NCBI GenBank assembly: GCA_030647555.1
Contig: JAUSJG010000008.1
Span: 193,467 to 257,466 of the forward strand
Source of the DNA: a bacterium
GTDB taxonomy: Bacteria; Patescibacteriota; Andersenbacteria; UBA10190; CAIZMI01
Direction: 5' to 3'
Length of the DNA stretch: 64,000 bases
The notes under the pieces are model-generated. The model did not search any database and was not told where the DNA came from. It saw only the letters and a list, made by a program, of their open reading frames with translations. Positions 19,560 through 28,824 of this stretch are shown piece after piece. Positions within the stretch are counted from its first letter, which is position 1. Each line of letters opens with the position of its first letter. Made by a program: the position numbers and the translations under genes.

Positions 19560-20513
19560 CTACTTAGCCGCGAACTTCTCGAACGTCTCCGACTCGGGGT
19601 CGAAGACCAGCGGATCTCCGTCCCACGCGGTCAGGAGAATTTTGCCGTCGGCCTGTTTTTCGGCGCCCCGCACCATCGTGCCTTTGATCGGGCACTCGAC
19701 GAAACGCCAGGCGTTTTCATCGTCGGGGACGAGTAGTCCGCCGAAGATTGATGCGCTGGAGTGAGCCACTCGAATGAATTGGTCCTCTACGCCGGAGATG
19801 TAGGCAGGCCCCTCTGAAACGACGCGTATAACGACGCGATCGCCAAACGGACGCTCGGTGTCGGGGGACCACTCCAAAATCTGGTGGGAGGACACGATAA
19901 AGGTTTTTCCTCCTACTTCGAAGATGTTGGAAATGTTCGGTCCGACTGGAAACATCCGATATTTTCCTCCGGACGGCGCAACGAACACATCATGGCGCAT
20001 TCCGCCGTGATTATGTCCTTCGCCGTTTGCGCTGAAACGGCCGTAGCATGACACAACGGCGAATGTGCCGGCGGATGTCGTGTACTCTTCACGCCGATTT
20101 TGTGACGGATGATATTGGATCACCTTCCCCTCATTTGTCATCTTCGCCTCTTCGTAGGCGATTCCGACTTCAGTGGAGAAGTCTTCAATTTCCATTTTGG
20201 CCTCGTCGGCATCACTTATTTTTCGCCAAGAGTCGGCGAGCGACACTTGGCTAGCCCCGAACTCAAGTTGGATGGCCGGTGGGTTCTCTTGCTCGTATTT
20301 CCGCGCAGCCTCCGCGAGCGCCGTGTAATCGATCATGGGCGCGTTCGGCGCGACCGCGACTTCCGCCACTTTCTTCGGCGGGACAACTTTGTCCATCTCG
20401 GCGATCTGCCATTTGAGCATCATGATCCCGGCGACCGACAGGGCGCCGACAGCCACGAGAAAGTTGAGAAACAAAACCGTGGCCACCAAATTCACCGACC
20501 GTTGCGAGTGCAT
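19560..20513 (-). CDS. GC-rich (about 58% GC), probably horizontally acquired membrane-anchored protein of unknown function
   Basis: Start set at the internal ATG (MHSQRSVNL...) with a GGAGG 9 nt upstream. One N-terminal TM helix, then a soluble domain of about 280 aa. Composition differs sharply from its neighbours. Confidence 0.55.
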   Translation of the reverse strand: MHSQRSVNLVATVLFLNFLVAVGALSVAGIMMLKWQIAEMDKVVPPKKVAEVAVAPNAPMIDYTALAEAARKYEQENPPAIQLEFGASQVSLADSWRKISDADEAKMEIEDFSTEVGIAYEEAKMTNEGKVIQYHPSQNRREEYTTSAGTFAVVSCYGRFSANGEGHNHGGMRHDVFVAPSGGKYRMFPVGPNISNIFEVGGKTFIVSSHQILEWSPDTERPFGDRVVIRVVSEGPAYISGVEDQFIRVAHSSASIFGGLLVPDDENAWRFVECPIKGTMVRGAEKQADGKILLTAWDGDPLVFDPESETFEKFAAK

Positions 20514-20683
20514 GTAGCACCTCCATTGGGACAGAAACACGAAACAGAAACAACGCAAATTGTGAAAAAACAAGATAGTATTATACACCCGCTGGTTGAA
20601 TTTGTCAAGCCTGCCTAGTGTAACCGCTTTTATGATTATTTTACGGGGTAGGCACAATTTACATTATCCTATATAATTTTTTT

Positions 20684-22015
20684 GTGACGACTAAGAACAA
20701 ATCACTGCTCGGGGTATTGGGGATTGTTTTGCTGACAGTTTTGGCAGTTTTGATCATTATTCCCAATGGTCGTATTCCGGTTGTTAACAAGATTTTTAAT
20801 AAGAGTTTTCGGCTTGGTTTAGATTTACAGGGTGGAACCCAGCTTGTTTATCATGCCGATTTGGCATCAATAAAATCCGACAATAAAACTGAATCATTGC
20901 AAGGTGTGCGTGATGTTATCGAACGCAGGGTAAATGCCTTTGGTGTTTCCGAACCGCGCGTGCAAATTACCGGTGGTATTTCGGAAGCACGCATTGTGGT
21001 GGAATTGGCGGGTATTAAAAATCCGGATGACGCGATAAAGCTTATCGGCGAAACACCAATTTTAGATTTTCGCGAAGAAGGACAAATTAATGCCGAGAAT
21101 ATTAAAACAGAAAATGGGGCGTTGCCGATTGTTTGGAAGCCGACGGAATTAACGGGTCGTAATTTAACCAATGCGGCGGTGGAATATAATCAAAATTCAA
21201 ACGCGCCGGAAATTTCTTTGCAATTCGACAGTCAAGGTGCAAAACTATTTGAAGATATTACGGGACGCAATGTTGGTAAGAGGGTGGGAATTTTCCTGGA
21301 CGGTTCGGTGTTAACCGCGCCGACGGTTCAAACAAAAATTTCCGATGGTCGCGCCGTTATCACCGGCGCCTACAAGGTCGATGAAGCGAAACAACTGGCC
21401 ACTCGTTTAAACGCGGGTGCTTTGCCTGTCGCTATCACGCTGATCAATCGCACTTCCGTTGGTCCAACGTTGGGGCGTGATTCACTTGGTCGCAGTATGG
21501 TGGCCGGTGTGATTGGACTTTTGACGATGATTATTTATATGCTTGTTTTGTATCGCTACCCGGGTCTTCTTGCCGCCTATGCATTGGTGCTATACGCATT
21601 ACTCAATCTTGCAGTCTACAAAATTTTGGGCGTTACCATGACCTTGGCCGGTATTGCAGGCTTTATTCTGTCGATTGGGATGGCTGTGGACGCGAATGTC
21701 TTGATTTTTGAACGACTCAAAGAAGAACTGCGCAATGGTCGGCAACTTATTCCCGGTGTGACCGGGGCGTTTACGGAGGCTTGGGCTTCGATCCGCGATT
21801 CGAACGTATCGAGTCTAATTACCTGCGCGCTTTTGTATATGCTTGGCTCCAGTATTGTTAAAGGTTTCGCGTTAACGCTGGCGATTGGTATTCTTATCAG
21901 TATGTTTTCCGCAATTTCCGTTACTCGGACACTTCTGATGGCGTCGTCAAACATGAAACTTTTTCACAATAAGAAAATTTATACCGACGGGTTAACCACG
22001 GAGGTTAAGAAGTAA
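20684..22015 (+). CDS. secD: Protein translocase subunit SecD
   Basis: 'LGLDLQGGTQLVY', the periplasmic domain and the C-terminal six-TM bundle. Confidence 0.9.
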   Translation: MTTKNKSLLGVLGIVLLTVLAVLIIIPNGRIPVVNKIFNKSFRLGLDLQGGTQLVYHADLASIKSDNKTESLQGVRDVIERRVNAFGVSEPRVQITGGISEARIVVELAGIKNPDDAIKLIGETPILDFREEGQINAENIKTENGALPIVWKPTELTGRNLTNAAVEYNQNSNAPEISLQFDSQGAKLFEDITGRNVGKRVGIFLDGSVLTAPTVQTKISDGRAVITGAYKVDEAKQLATRLNAGALPVAITLINRTSVGPTLGRDSLGRSMVAGVIGLLTMIIYMLVLYRYPGLLAAYALVLYALLNLAVYKILGVTMTLAGIAGFILSIGMAVDANVLIFERLKEELRNGRQLIPGVTGAFTEAWASIRDSNVSSLITCALLYMLGSSIVKGFALTLAIGILISMFSAISVTRTLLMASSNMKLFHNKKIYTDGLTTEVKK

Positions 22016-22914
22016 TGCTGCTTAAGTTTCTAAGTATTTCAAAAACAGCGCGTTATTGGTTTAGTTTTTCCAGTGTTTTGATTGTGTTGAGTTTTGTTGC
22101 GATGGGTGTTTGGGGGTTGCGTCCCGGGATCGATTTTGTCGGTGGCAGTATTATGGAAGTGCGTGGGCAAAACGCGACGGTTGTCTCTATTAGAACGGCC
22201 CTTGAGAAAAATAACCAAAAAAGCATTGAAGTGCAGTCCACCGGCAACAATAGCGTTCAGGTGAGGATGCAACAATTGGATAACGATCAGCACACGAAAC
22301 TTTTGGCGGATTTGTTGAAGGAATTTCCCGGGTTAGAAGAACTGCGTTTTGACAGTGTTGGCCCAATCTTTAGCAAGGACTTGGTTTTCAAATCTATTTT
22401 GGCAATCGTGTTGTCTTCGTTTGGAATTCTTATTTATCTGGCGTTCGTATTTAATAAATCCAGCGCGATTGTTTCTTCGTGGGCATTTGGTATTTTCGCT
22501 GTAGTTGCCCTTATTCATGATGTAGTGATTATTGCCGGTTTCTTCGCGGTTTATGCGCACTATTTCAGTGCCTCGGCGGACTCATTGTTTGTTTCCGCTA
22601 TTTTGACGGTGATCGGCTTTTCGGTGCACGACACCATTGTTATTTATAATCGGGTGAAATCCAATTTAAGGATATTGCGGTTGCCGTTTGGCGAATTAGT
22701 TGATTTGAGTGTATTGGAAACATTTACGCGTTCCGTAAATACATCGGTAACAACGTTATTGGTTTTGCTTTCCTTGTTGTTCTTCGGTGGTAGCACTATT
22801 CGACCATTTGTCGCGACACTCTGTTTTGGTATTATTTTGGGTTCCTATTCCTCGGTCTTCGTAGCCGCACCACTTTTGGTTTGGTGGCAGGAACGGAACA
22901 AAAAGAAAAAATAA
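22015..22914 (+). CDS. secF: Protein translocase subunit SecF
   Basis: ATGA-coupled to secD. 'GIDFVGGSIMEV' and 'HDVVIIAGFFAV' match the SecF topology. Confidence 0.9.
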   Translation: MLLKFLSISKTARYWFSFSSVLIVLSFVAMGVWGLRPGIDFVGGSIMEVRGQNATVVSIRTALEKNNQKSIEVQSTGNNSVQVRMQQLDNDQHTKLLADLLKEFPGLEELRFDSVGPIFSKDLVFKSILAIVLSSFGILIYLAFVFNKSSAIVSSWAFGIFAVVALIHDVVIIAGFFAVYAHYFSASADSLFVSAILTVIGFSVHDTIVIYNRVKSNLRILRLPFGELVDLSVLETFTRSVNTSVTTLLVLLSLLFFGGSTIRPFVATLCFGIILGSYSSVFVAAPLLVWWQERNKKKK

Positions 22915-22971
22915 TTGGTTATTCGGTATTCTGTTTAGTAATTGGTGGGCGTGTTTGGCTAGAAAGCTTTT

Positions 22972-23096
22972 AAACCCCAAATCCTAAACACCAATGTCCA
23001 ACAAAATCCTAATTATTTAAATCACAAAAAATACGTTTTAGTCATTAGGTTTTTTTGATTTTTGTTGGGATTTGGTCATTGGGATTTGGGTTTTTA
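22972..23096. repeat. Intergenic imperfect palindrome, family D, copy 3
   Basis: AAACCCCAAATCCTAAACACCAATGTCCAACAAAATCC ... TTTTTGTTGGGATTTGGTCATTGGGATTTGGG. Confidence 0.8.
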
Positions 23097-23137
23097 TATT
23101 GCTTGGTTTCTCGTTATGAGTCTGTTAATGTGTCATT

Positions 23138-24100
23138 ATGCCAATTATACAAAACAAGATTATCGGCAATTCCGCCCTCGTCGATTTTCTAAATAAGCTT
23201 GTCGATGCCGACAAAATGCCCACTTCCGTCCTCTTGGCCGGTCCGGCAATGGTTGGTAAGTCGACGATATTGGATAGTGTTGCTCAACGGATTATTTGTG
23301 TTGATGGAACAATTTGCGGTCATTGTTCCGGTTGTACAATCGGAACAATAAACCATCCGGATGTTTTGCGTCTTGGTGCTTCCGAAGAAGAATCGTTGCG
23401 AAAGGGAATAAGCAATCTTTTGAAACGTATTCACCAAAAACCGGTGCTTGGGAAAAAACTGATTGTTTTTCTGGAAAATATTGATGAATTTTATTGGGCG
23501 TCATCACCGCTTTTATTAAAAGCGTTGGAAGACGCGCCAAGTTTTGTAATCTTCTTCTTAACCGCGGAAAATTTGGAAGCGGTGCTTCCCACAATTCGGT
23601 CTCGTTCGATGGTGCGGTATGTTGGCCCGATTGGCGCTATTGCTTTAAAAGAGCAACTTTCTCGACAGTTTGTCGCAAGGGGTAAACAGGTTCCGCCGAG
23701 TTCTCAAACTGCCGTCAATGATGTAGATTTAATAGACCAGATAGTTTCGCTGGCCGGCGGTCGGCCGGGTCTGGCGATAAGGCTTTTTGAAGATAGCGTG
23801 CTACGAGAGAAATATGGGTCTTGGCGCGCTAACTTGCTGAATATGCCAAATCTGACCGTTGGTGAAAGGTCGCAATTTGCGGAAACGATCGATAAGGCCG
23901 GAGAGGGAAAGGAAGTAATGAATTTATTACAAAGTTTGCTAAGAGAGCGTTTAGCGGAAGATGCTATCGTGAAAAAAGTGCGCATCGGCAGTTTTAAGAA
24001 TTTTTTAGGAACCATTAGGCGCAGTCGCGAGGCCACGGCAATGTTTAAGGCCAATATTCCTCAAAGATTGGTTCTGGAATACGTTTTCTTTAATCAATAA
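23138..24100 (+). CDS. holB: DNA polymerase III δ' subunit
   Basis: 'LLAGPAMVGKST', Zn module 'CGHCSGC', and 'TIRSRS' sensor. Confidence 0.75.
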   Translation: MPIIQNKIIGNSALVDFLNKLVDADKMPTSVLLAGPAMVGKSTILDSVAQRIICVDGTICGHCSGCTIGTINHPDVLRLGASEEESLRKGISNLLKRIHQKPVLGKKLIVFLENIDEFYWASSPLLLKALEDAPSFVIFFLTAENLEAVLPTIRSRSMVRYVGPIGAIALKEQLSRQFVARGKQVPPSSQTAVNDVDLIDQIVSLAGGRPGLAIRLFEDSVLREKYGSWRANLLNMPNLTVGERSQFAETIDKAGEGKEVMNLLQSLLRERLAEDAIVKKVRIGSFKNFLGTIRRSREATAMFKANIPQRLVLEYVFFNQ

Positions 24101-24119
24101 AAAATAATAGTGTCAAATT

Positions 24120-24668
24120 ATGAAAAACATAAAGTTATCTCCAAATTTTGAGCCGGCTGTCAGTCATCTGACAGAACAGTTGCGTGGTATTCGTACCGGT
24201 CGTGCGTCAACCGGCTTAGTGGAGGGGGTAACTGTCGATTATTATGGAACACAAACGCGTCTAAAAGATATGGCGTCTATCACCACCCCCGGCGCGCAAC
24301 TTATTCAAATTGAACCATGGGACAAAAATGCGGTTAGCAATGTTGTAAAAGCGATTGAAATTTCTTCCTTGGGCCTTAATCCAACCGTTGCCGGTTCAAT
24401 TATTCGTTTAAATTTACCGCAACTTACGGAAGATCGAAGAAAAGAGTTGGTAAAAGTTGTTGGCAAATATGTTGAAGAAGCAAAAATCGCCGTCAGGAAT
24501 GTGCGGGAAAAATTATTGCGTGAAATTAAAAACCAATTGGATGCCAAAGACCTTTCAGAGGATGAACATCGTGGCGAAAAAGATACGATTCAAAAAGAAG
24601 TGAATGATGCGTTGCTTGTAATTGACGAAGAAGGTAAGGAAAAGGAAGCTGAACTTCTTTCTGTCTAA
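24120..24668 (+). CDS. frr: Ribosome recycling factor
   Basis: 'ASITTPGAQLIQIEPWDKN' and 'IRLNLPQLTEDRRKELVK'. Confidence 0.9.
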   Translation: MKNIKLSPNFEPAVSHLTEQLRGIRTGRASTGLVEGVTVDYYGTQTRLKDMASITTPGAQLIQIEPWDKNAVSNVVKAIEISSLGLNPTVAGSIIRLNLPQLTEDRRKELVKVVGKYVEEAKIAVRNVREKLLREIKNQLDAKDLSEDEHRGEKDTIQKEVNDALLVIDEEGKEKEAELLSV

Positions 24669-24670
24669 CA

Positions 24671-25762
24671 ATGGTAACAATAATAATCTTCGTTCTTGTT
24701 CTCCTCGTACTGATTGTTTCGCACGAGTTTGGACACGCTATGGCGGCTTGGTTAACGGGTTGTCGGGTGGAGGAATTTGGTGTTGGATTCCCGCCAAAAT
24801 TATTCGGAAAAAAAATTGGTGATACATTGTTTACCGTCAATGCTGTGCCATTGGGCGGGTTTGTGCGGATTACCGGTGAAGACGGAGTGACCGGCGTGGA
24901 CGGCACAACCACAGTTGATAAAAAGTCGTTTGCGAATAAAAACTTTGTCGTAAAATTGATTATTTTGGTCGCGGGGGTGACGATGAATATCTTGTTGGCG
25001 GTGGTAATTTATACGATTATTGCCGGTGTTGGTTCCAGTGTTCCTATTGAAGGAATTCCCGCCAACCTGCCGATTGTGGATAAGCGAGTTGAGATTGTCG
25101 CCGTAGAAAAAAATGATATTCTAGCAAAAACAAACATTAAGGCCGGAGATGTAATTAGTAAAGTTGGGGATCAAATTGTCGCAGATTCGGCAGCCGCCGC
25201 TACGGCGATTAAAAGTTTTACGGGAAGCGAACTTTTCTTGACATTAAAAAACGAAAAAGAGACCAGAATTGTTAATATAAAATTTAACGGCCAACACGAG
25301 GCGGGAAAACCGGTCGGTCTTTCTTTGCTGGATGTTGGTACTTATCGCGTGGTTTGGTATCAAGCGCCGATCGAGGGCGTAAGGGCAACCGTGCGCGTGG
25401 TCAAAATGACGGCAACCGGTATAGGTGGTCTTTTTTACAATCTTATTTGGCAAAGACAGGTTCCATCTGATGTTGCCGGTCCGGTTGGGATTGCAAAGAT
25501 TGTTGGACAAGTTGGCAGTCAGGGGGTACTTCCACTAATGGAACTAATGGCGGTCTTGAGCGTAAATTTGGCGTTGATAAATATCTTACCAATTCCTGCC
25601 CTAGACGGCGGTCGGGTGTTGTTTGTGATAATCGAGGCGTTGGGAATTCGCACATTTAGAGGGAAAATTGAACAAATGGCCCATTCGATTGGGTTTGTCT
25701 TGCTCATTTTACTGGTTTTGCTTATAACAATTAATGATATTAGACGTATCATTCATCCATGA
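24671..25762 (+). CDS. rseP: Site-2 protease RseP (zinc metalloprotease with PDZ domain)
   Basis: 'HEFGHAMAA' HExxH, a PDZ segment, and the C-terminal 'NLALINILPIPALDGG'. Confidence 0.85.
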   Translation: MVTIIIFVLVLLVLIVSHEFGHAMAAWLTGCRVEEFGVGFPPKLFGKKIGDTLFTVNAVPLGGFVRITGEDGVTGVDGTTTVDKKSFANKNFVVKLIILVAGVTMNILLAVVIYTIIAGVGSSVPIEGIPANLPIVDKRVEIVAVEKNDILAKTNIKAGDVISKVGDQIVADSAAAATAIKSFTGSELFLTLKNEKETRIVNIKFNGQHEAGKPVGLSLLDVGTYRVVWYQAPIEGVRATVRVVKMTATGIGGLFYNLIWQRQVPSDVAGPVGIAKIVGQVGSQGVLPLMELMAVLSVNLALINILPIPALDGGRVLFVIIEALGIRTFRGKIEQMAHSIGFVLLILLVLLITINDIRRIIHP

Positions 25763-27513
25763 AAACCATGAAAAAACCATCTCAAAAAGTCCAAAGACAG
25801 TCTAAGTATTTTTGTAAAACCACAAGGGAAACACCCAAGGATGTTGAGTCCAATTCGCACGCATTTTTAATCAGGGGCGGGTATATTCGTGAATCCGTCG
25901 CGGGGCGTTATTACTTCTTACCGTTGGGTTATAAAGTGCAACAAAAAATAATGGATGTAGTGAGAGAAGAAATGAATAATGTCGGTGCGCAAGAAATGTT
26001 AGCACCAATTTTGCATCCTCTGGAACTTTGGAAAGAAACTAATCGCACAAACACAACCGGCTTTGAGTTGATGAAAGTCAAAGATCGTCGGGGAGGAGAA
26101 TTCGCGCTTGGCGGTACAGCAGAAGAAATGTTTGTTGATCTTGTTAGACAATTTAAATTGAGCTACAAAGATTTGCCATTTCAGCTATATCAATTCTCAA
26201 CAAAGTTTAGAGATGAACTAAGGGCGCGTGGTGGTTTACTGCGCGTGCGTGAATTTATTATGAAAGATGGTTATTCATTTCATCGCAACGAGGAAGATTT
26301 CAAAGAGACTTATGAAAAAATGAAAATTGCTTATACGAAAATGTTTGACCGTCTGGGTCTCAAAACGGCAATTGTTGAGTCGGATAACGGTTATATCGGT
26401 GGCGAATATTGCCACGAGTTTATTGTTGAATCAGAAATCGGCGAGAGTAAATATTTTACAACCGATGATGGTGCTTATTCGGCGCATGAAGATGTGGCGA
26501 AATTTAGAAAATTGGATGTAGAAAACACAGATGAGGCGGAGAAAGAAAGAGAGGATGTGGAAGGGGTCGGTATTGTTGGTGTGGAAGAGCTTGCTAAGTT
26601 TTTAAAAATTCCGGCCGAAAAAACAACAAAGACTATTCTTTTTGAAAATGAAAAGGGTGAAGTGGTCGCGGTAGCAGTAAGCGGTATTTATGACATCAAT
26701 GAAACGAAACTAAAAAACGTTCTTGATTGTACGCAATTAAAATTGGCTTCGCCGGAAGTTGTAGAAAAAGTTACCGGGGCAACAGTTGGATATGCAGGTA
26801 TTCTGAATTTACCCAATGGTGTAAAAGTTGTGATGGACGAATCACTTCAGGGTCGAAAGAATTTTGAGTGCGGTGCCAATAAGACAAATTTTCATTCGAT
26901 TAACATTAATTTTGGACGCGATTTGCCTGAACCGGAAAAATATTATGATATTGCTTTGGCCAAAGCGGGATATTTGGCACCAGATGGAAAGCAGAAACTA
27001 ATCGAGAAAAAGGGAATTGAGGTGGGGAACATTTTCCAGCTCGGGTATCATTACACAAAATTAATGAAGGGCGCGGTTTATATTGACGCGGATGGAAAAG
27101 AAAAGCCGTTTTATATGGGTTGTTATGGTTTTGGGATCGGACGTACAATGGCGACCATCGCCGAAAAATATCACGATGAAAAAGGATTGATGTGGCCAAG
27201 CGTGGTAGCGCCATTTGATGTTCACGTTGTTTCGCTTAAGGACAATGAGTACGCGGGTAAAGTGGCGGAAACGCTAAGCAATGAAGGTTTTGAAGTTTTG
27301 TTTGACGAACGGGATGGCGCGTCGGTTGGTGAAAAATTCGCGGATAGCGAACTAATCGGTATTCCCGTGCAGGTGATCGTTAGTGAACGCGGAGCGAAGG
27401 AAAATATCGTCGAAATCAGACAGCGTCGAGATTTGAAAAATTCACAAAAAATTAGTCGTGATAGCGAACAAATATTGGTAGTGGTTAATAAAATGTTGGA
27501 GGCGGTTAAGTGA
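25759..27513 (+). CDS. proS: Prolyl-tRNA synthetase
   Basis: 'LIRGGYIRESVAGRYYFLPLGYKV', class II motifs and the anticodon-binding C-terminus. Confidence 0.9.
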   Translation: MKTMKKPSQKVQRQSKYFCKTTRETPKDVESNSHAFLIRGGYIRESVAGRYYFLPLGYKVQQKIMDVVREEMNNVGAQEMLAPILHPLELWKETNRTNTTGFELMKVKDRRGGEFALGGTAEEMFVDLVRQFKLSYKDLPFQLYQFSTKFRDELRARGGLLRVREFIMKDGYSFHRNEEDFKETYEKMKIAYTKMFDRLGLKTAIVESDNGYIGGEYCHEFIVESEIGESKYFTTDDGAYSAHEDVAKFRKLDVENTDEAEKEREDVEGVGIVGVEELAKFLKIPAEKTTKTILFENEKGEVVAVAVSGIYDINETKLKNVLDCTQLKLASPEVVEKVTGATVGYAGILNLPNGVKVVMDESLQGRKNFECGANKTNFHSININFGRDLPEPEKYYDIALAKAGYLAPDGKQKLIEKKGIEVGNIFQLGYHYTKLMKGAVYIDADGKEKPFYMGCYGFGIGRTMATIAEKYHDEKGLMWPSVVAPFDVHVVSLKDNEYAGKVAETLSNEGFEVLFDERDGASVGEKFADSELIGIPVQVIVSERGAKENIVEIRQRRDLKNSQKISRDSEQILVVVNKMLEAVK

Positions 27514-27529
27514 GTATCGGTGTTGGAGT

Positions 27530-27720
27530 CATTCCCTCCTTTATCAAATGGCGCGGCGGATGCCCCGAGAACATCCGGTGGATGTTCGAGAGGGTGCCAG
27601 CGCCGGCACATCAGTGCCGTGCCGGGCGGGGGTGGATTCTGAAAAGAATTCGTAATAATTACTTAATCCCTCCCATCCTCCCTTTGGTAAAGGGAGGAGA
27701 CGCGGTGATTTCGCAGAATT
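27530..27720. repeat. Full-length composite hairpin repeat (A core plus B hairpin arm), intergenic copy
   Basis: TTCCCTCCTTT...GTGCCAGCGCCGGCAC...GGGGTGGATTC...TTAATCCCTCCCATCCTCCCTTTGGTAAAGGGAGGAGACG. It is partly shared with 7579-7692 and 48121-48242. Confidence 0.8.
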
Positions 27721-27747
27721 ATTTTCAATTACGTATAAAAACCCTAA

Positions 27748-28800
27748 ATGTTTGATCGACTATTCGGAAAATTTTCCCAGGATTTAGGGATCGATTTGGG
27801 CACCGCCAACACGCTTGTCTACAGCAAGGGAAAGGGAATTGTAATAAACGAACCATCGGTAGTGGCAATGAACACCAAGACCAAACAGATTTTGGCGATT
27901 GGCACCGAGGCGCGAAAAATGGTTGGTAAAACACCGGCCCACATTGTCGCCACGCGCCCACTCCGTGATGGTGTTATTTCCGATTTCGAAATTACCGAGC
28001 ACATGTTGCGTTATTTTATTGACAAAGTGCATCATGATTCGTTTTCGTTGGTGCCAAGACCACGCGTAATTATCGGTGTCCCGTCCGGTGTTACGGAGGT
28101 GGAAAAACGCGCCGTGGAAGACGCGGCCATGCGCGCCGGGGCACGCAAAGCTTTTCTTATTGAGGAACCAATGGCCGCGGCGATTGGTTCGAGACTTCCT
28201 GTTCAAGATTCGGCGGGAAATTTAATCGTTGATATTGGTGGAGGTACAACCGAAGTGGCCGTTATCTCTTTGGGAGGTGTCGTAGTGAGCCGTTCATTAA
28301 GAATTGCCGGAGACGAATTGAGCGAAAACGTCATTCAATACGCGCGTGATGAATTTAATTTGCTTTTGGGTGAACGTACAGCGGAAGGAATAAAAATCGG
28401 GATTGGGTCGGCTTGGGAACTTTCGGAACCGTTAGAAATGCCGATGCGAGGACGCGATCTTGTAACCGGACTTCCAAAGGAAGTAATTGTGAACGATACG
28501 CAAATTCGTGAAGCGTTAAGTCGTTCTGTGCGGACAATCGTCAACAGCGTTAAGGCCACAGTAGAAGAAACACCGCCGGAATTATTAGCCGATATTATGG
28601 AGCGGGGAATTGTCTTATCGGGTGGTGGCGCGCTTTTAAGAGGGTTAGATAAATTAATCGCGTCAACAACACATATTCCAACGCGTGTTGCCGATGATCC
28701 GTTAACCGCCGTCGTGCGAGGCACAGGCATTGTGTTGGAGGAATTGGAGTCATTACAGGAAGTGTTAGCCCCCTCCCCATCCCCAAAACCGTTGCGCTAG
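27748..28800 (+). CDS. mreB: MreB/Mbl actin-like paralog
   Basis: 'LGIDLGTANTLVY', 'DIGGGTTEVAVISLGG' and 'LSGGGALLRGLDKL'. Confidence 0.85.
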   Translation: MFDRLFGKFSQDLGIDLGTANTLVYSKGKGIVINEPSVVAMNTKTKQILAIGTEARKMVGKTPAHIVATRPLRDGVISDFEITEHMLRYFIDKVHHDSFSLVPRPRVIIGVPSGVTEVEKRAVEDAAMRAGARKAFLIEEPMAAAIGSRLPVQDSAGNLIVDIGGGTTEVAVISLGGVVVSRSLRIAGDELSENVIQYARDEFNLLLGERTAEGIKIGIGSAWELSEPLEMPMRGRDLVTGLPKEVIVNDTQIREALSRSVRTIVNSVKATVEETPPELLADIMERGIVLSGGGALLRGLDKLIASTTHIPTRVADDPLTAVVRGTGIVLEELESLQEVLAPSPSPKPLR

Positions 28801-28824
28801 TATTTACATTTTTCTATTAATCAA

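Noticed and set aside
10120-23096. Possible CRISPR array, suggested by the many palindromic repeat copies
   Set aside because: The repeats are dispersed, with single copies in separate intergenic regions. They are long imperfect palindromes, not short direct repeats separated by unique spacers, and no cas genes are present.
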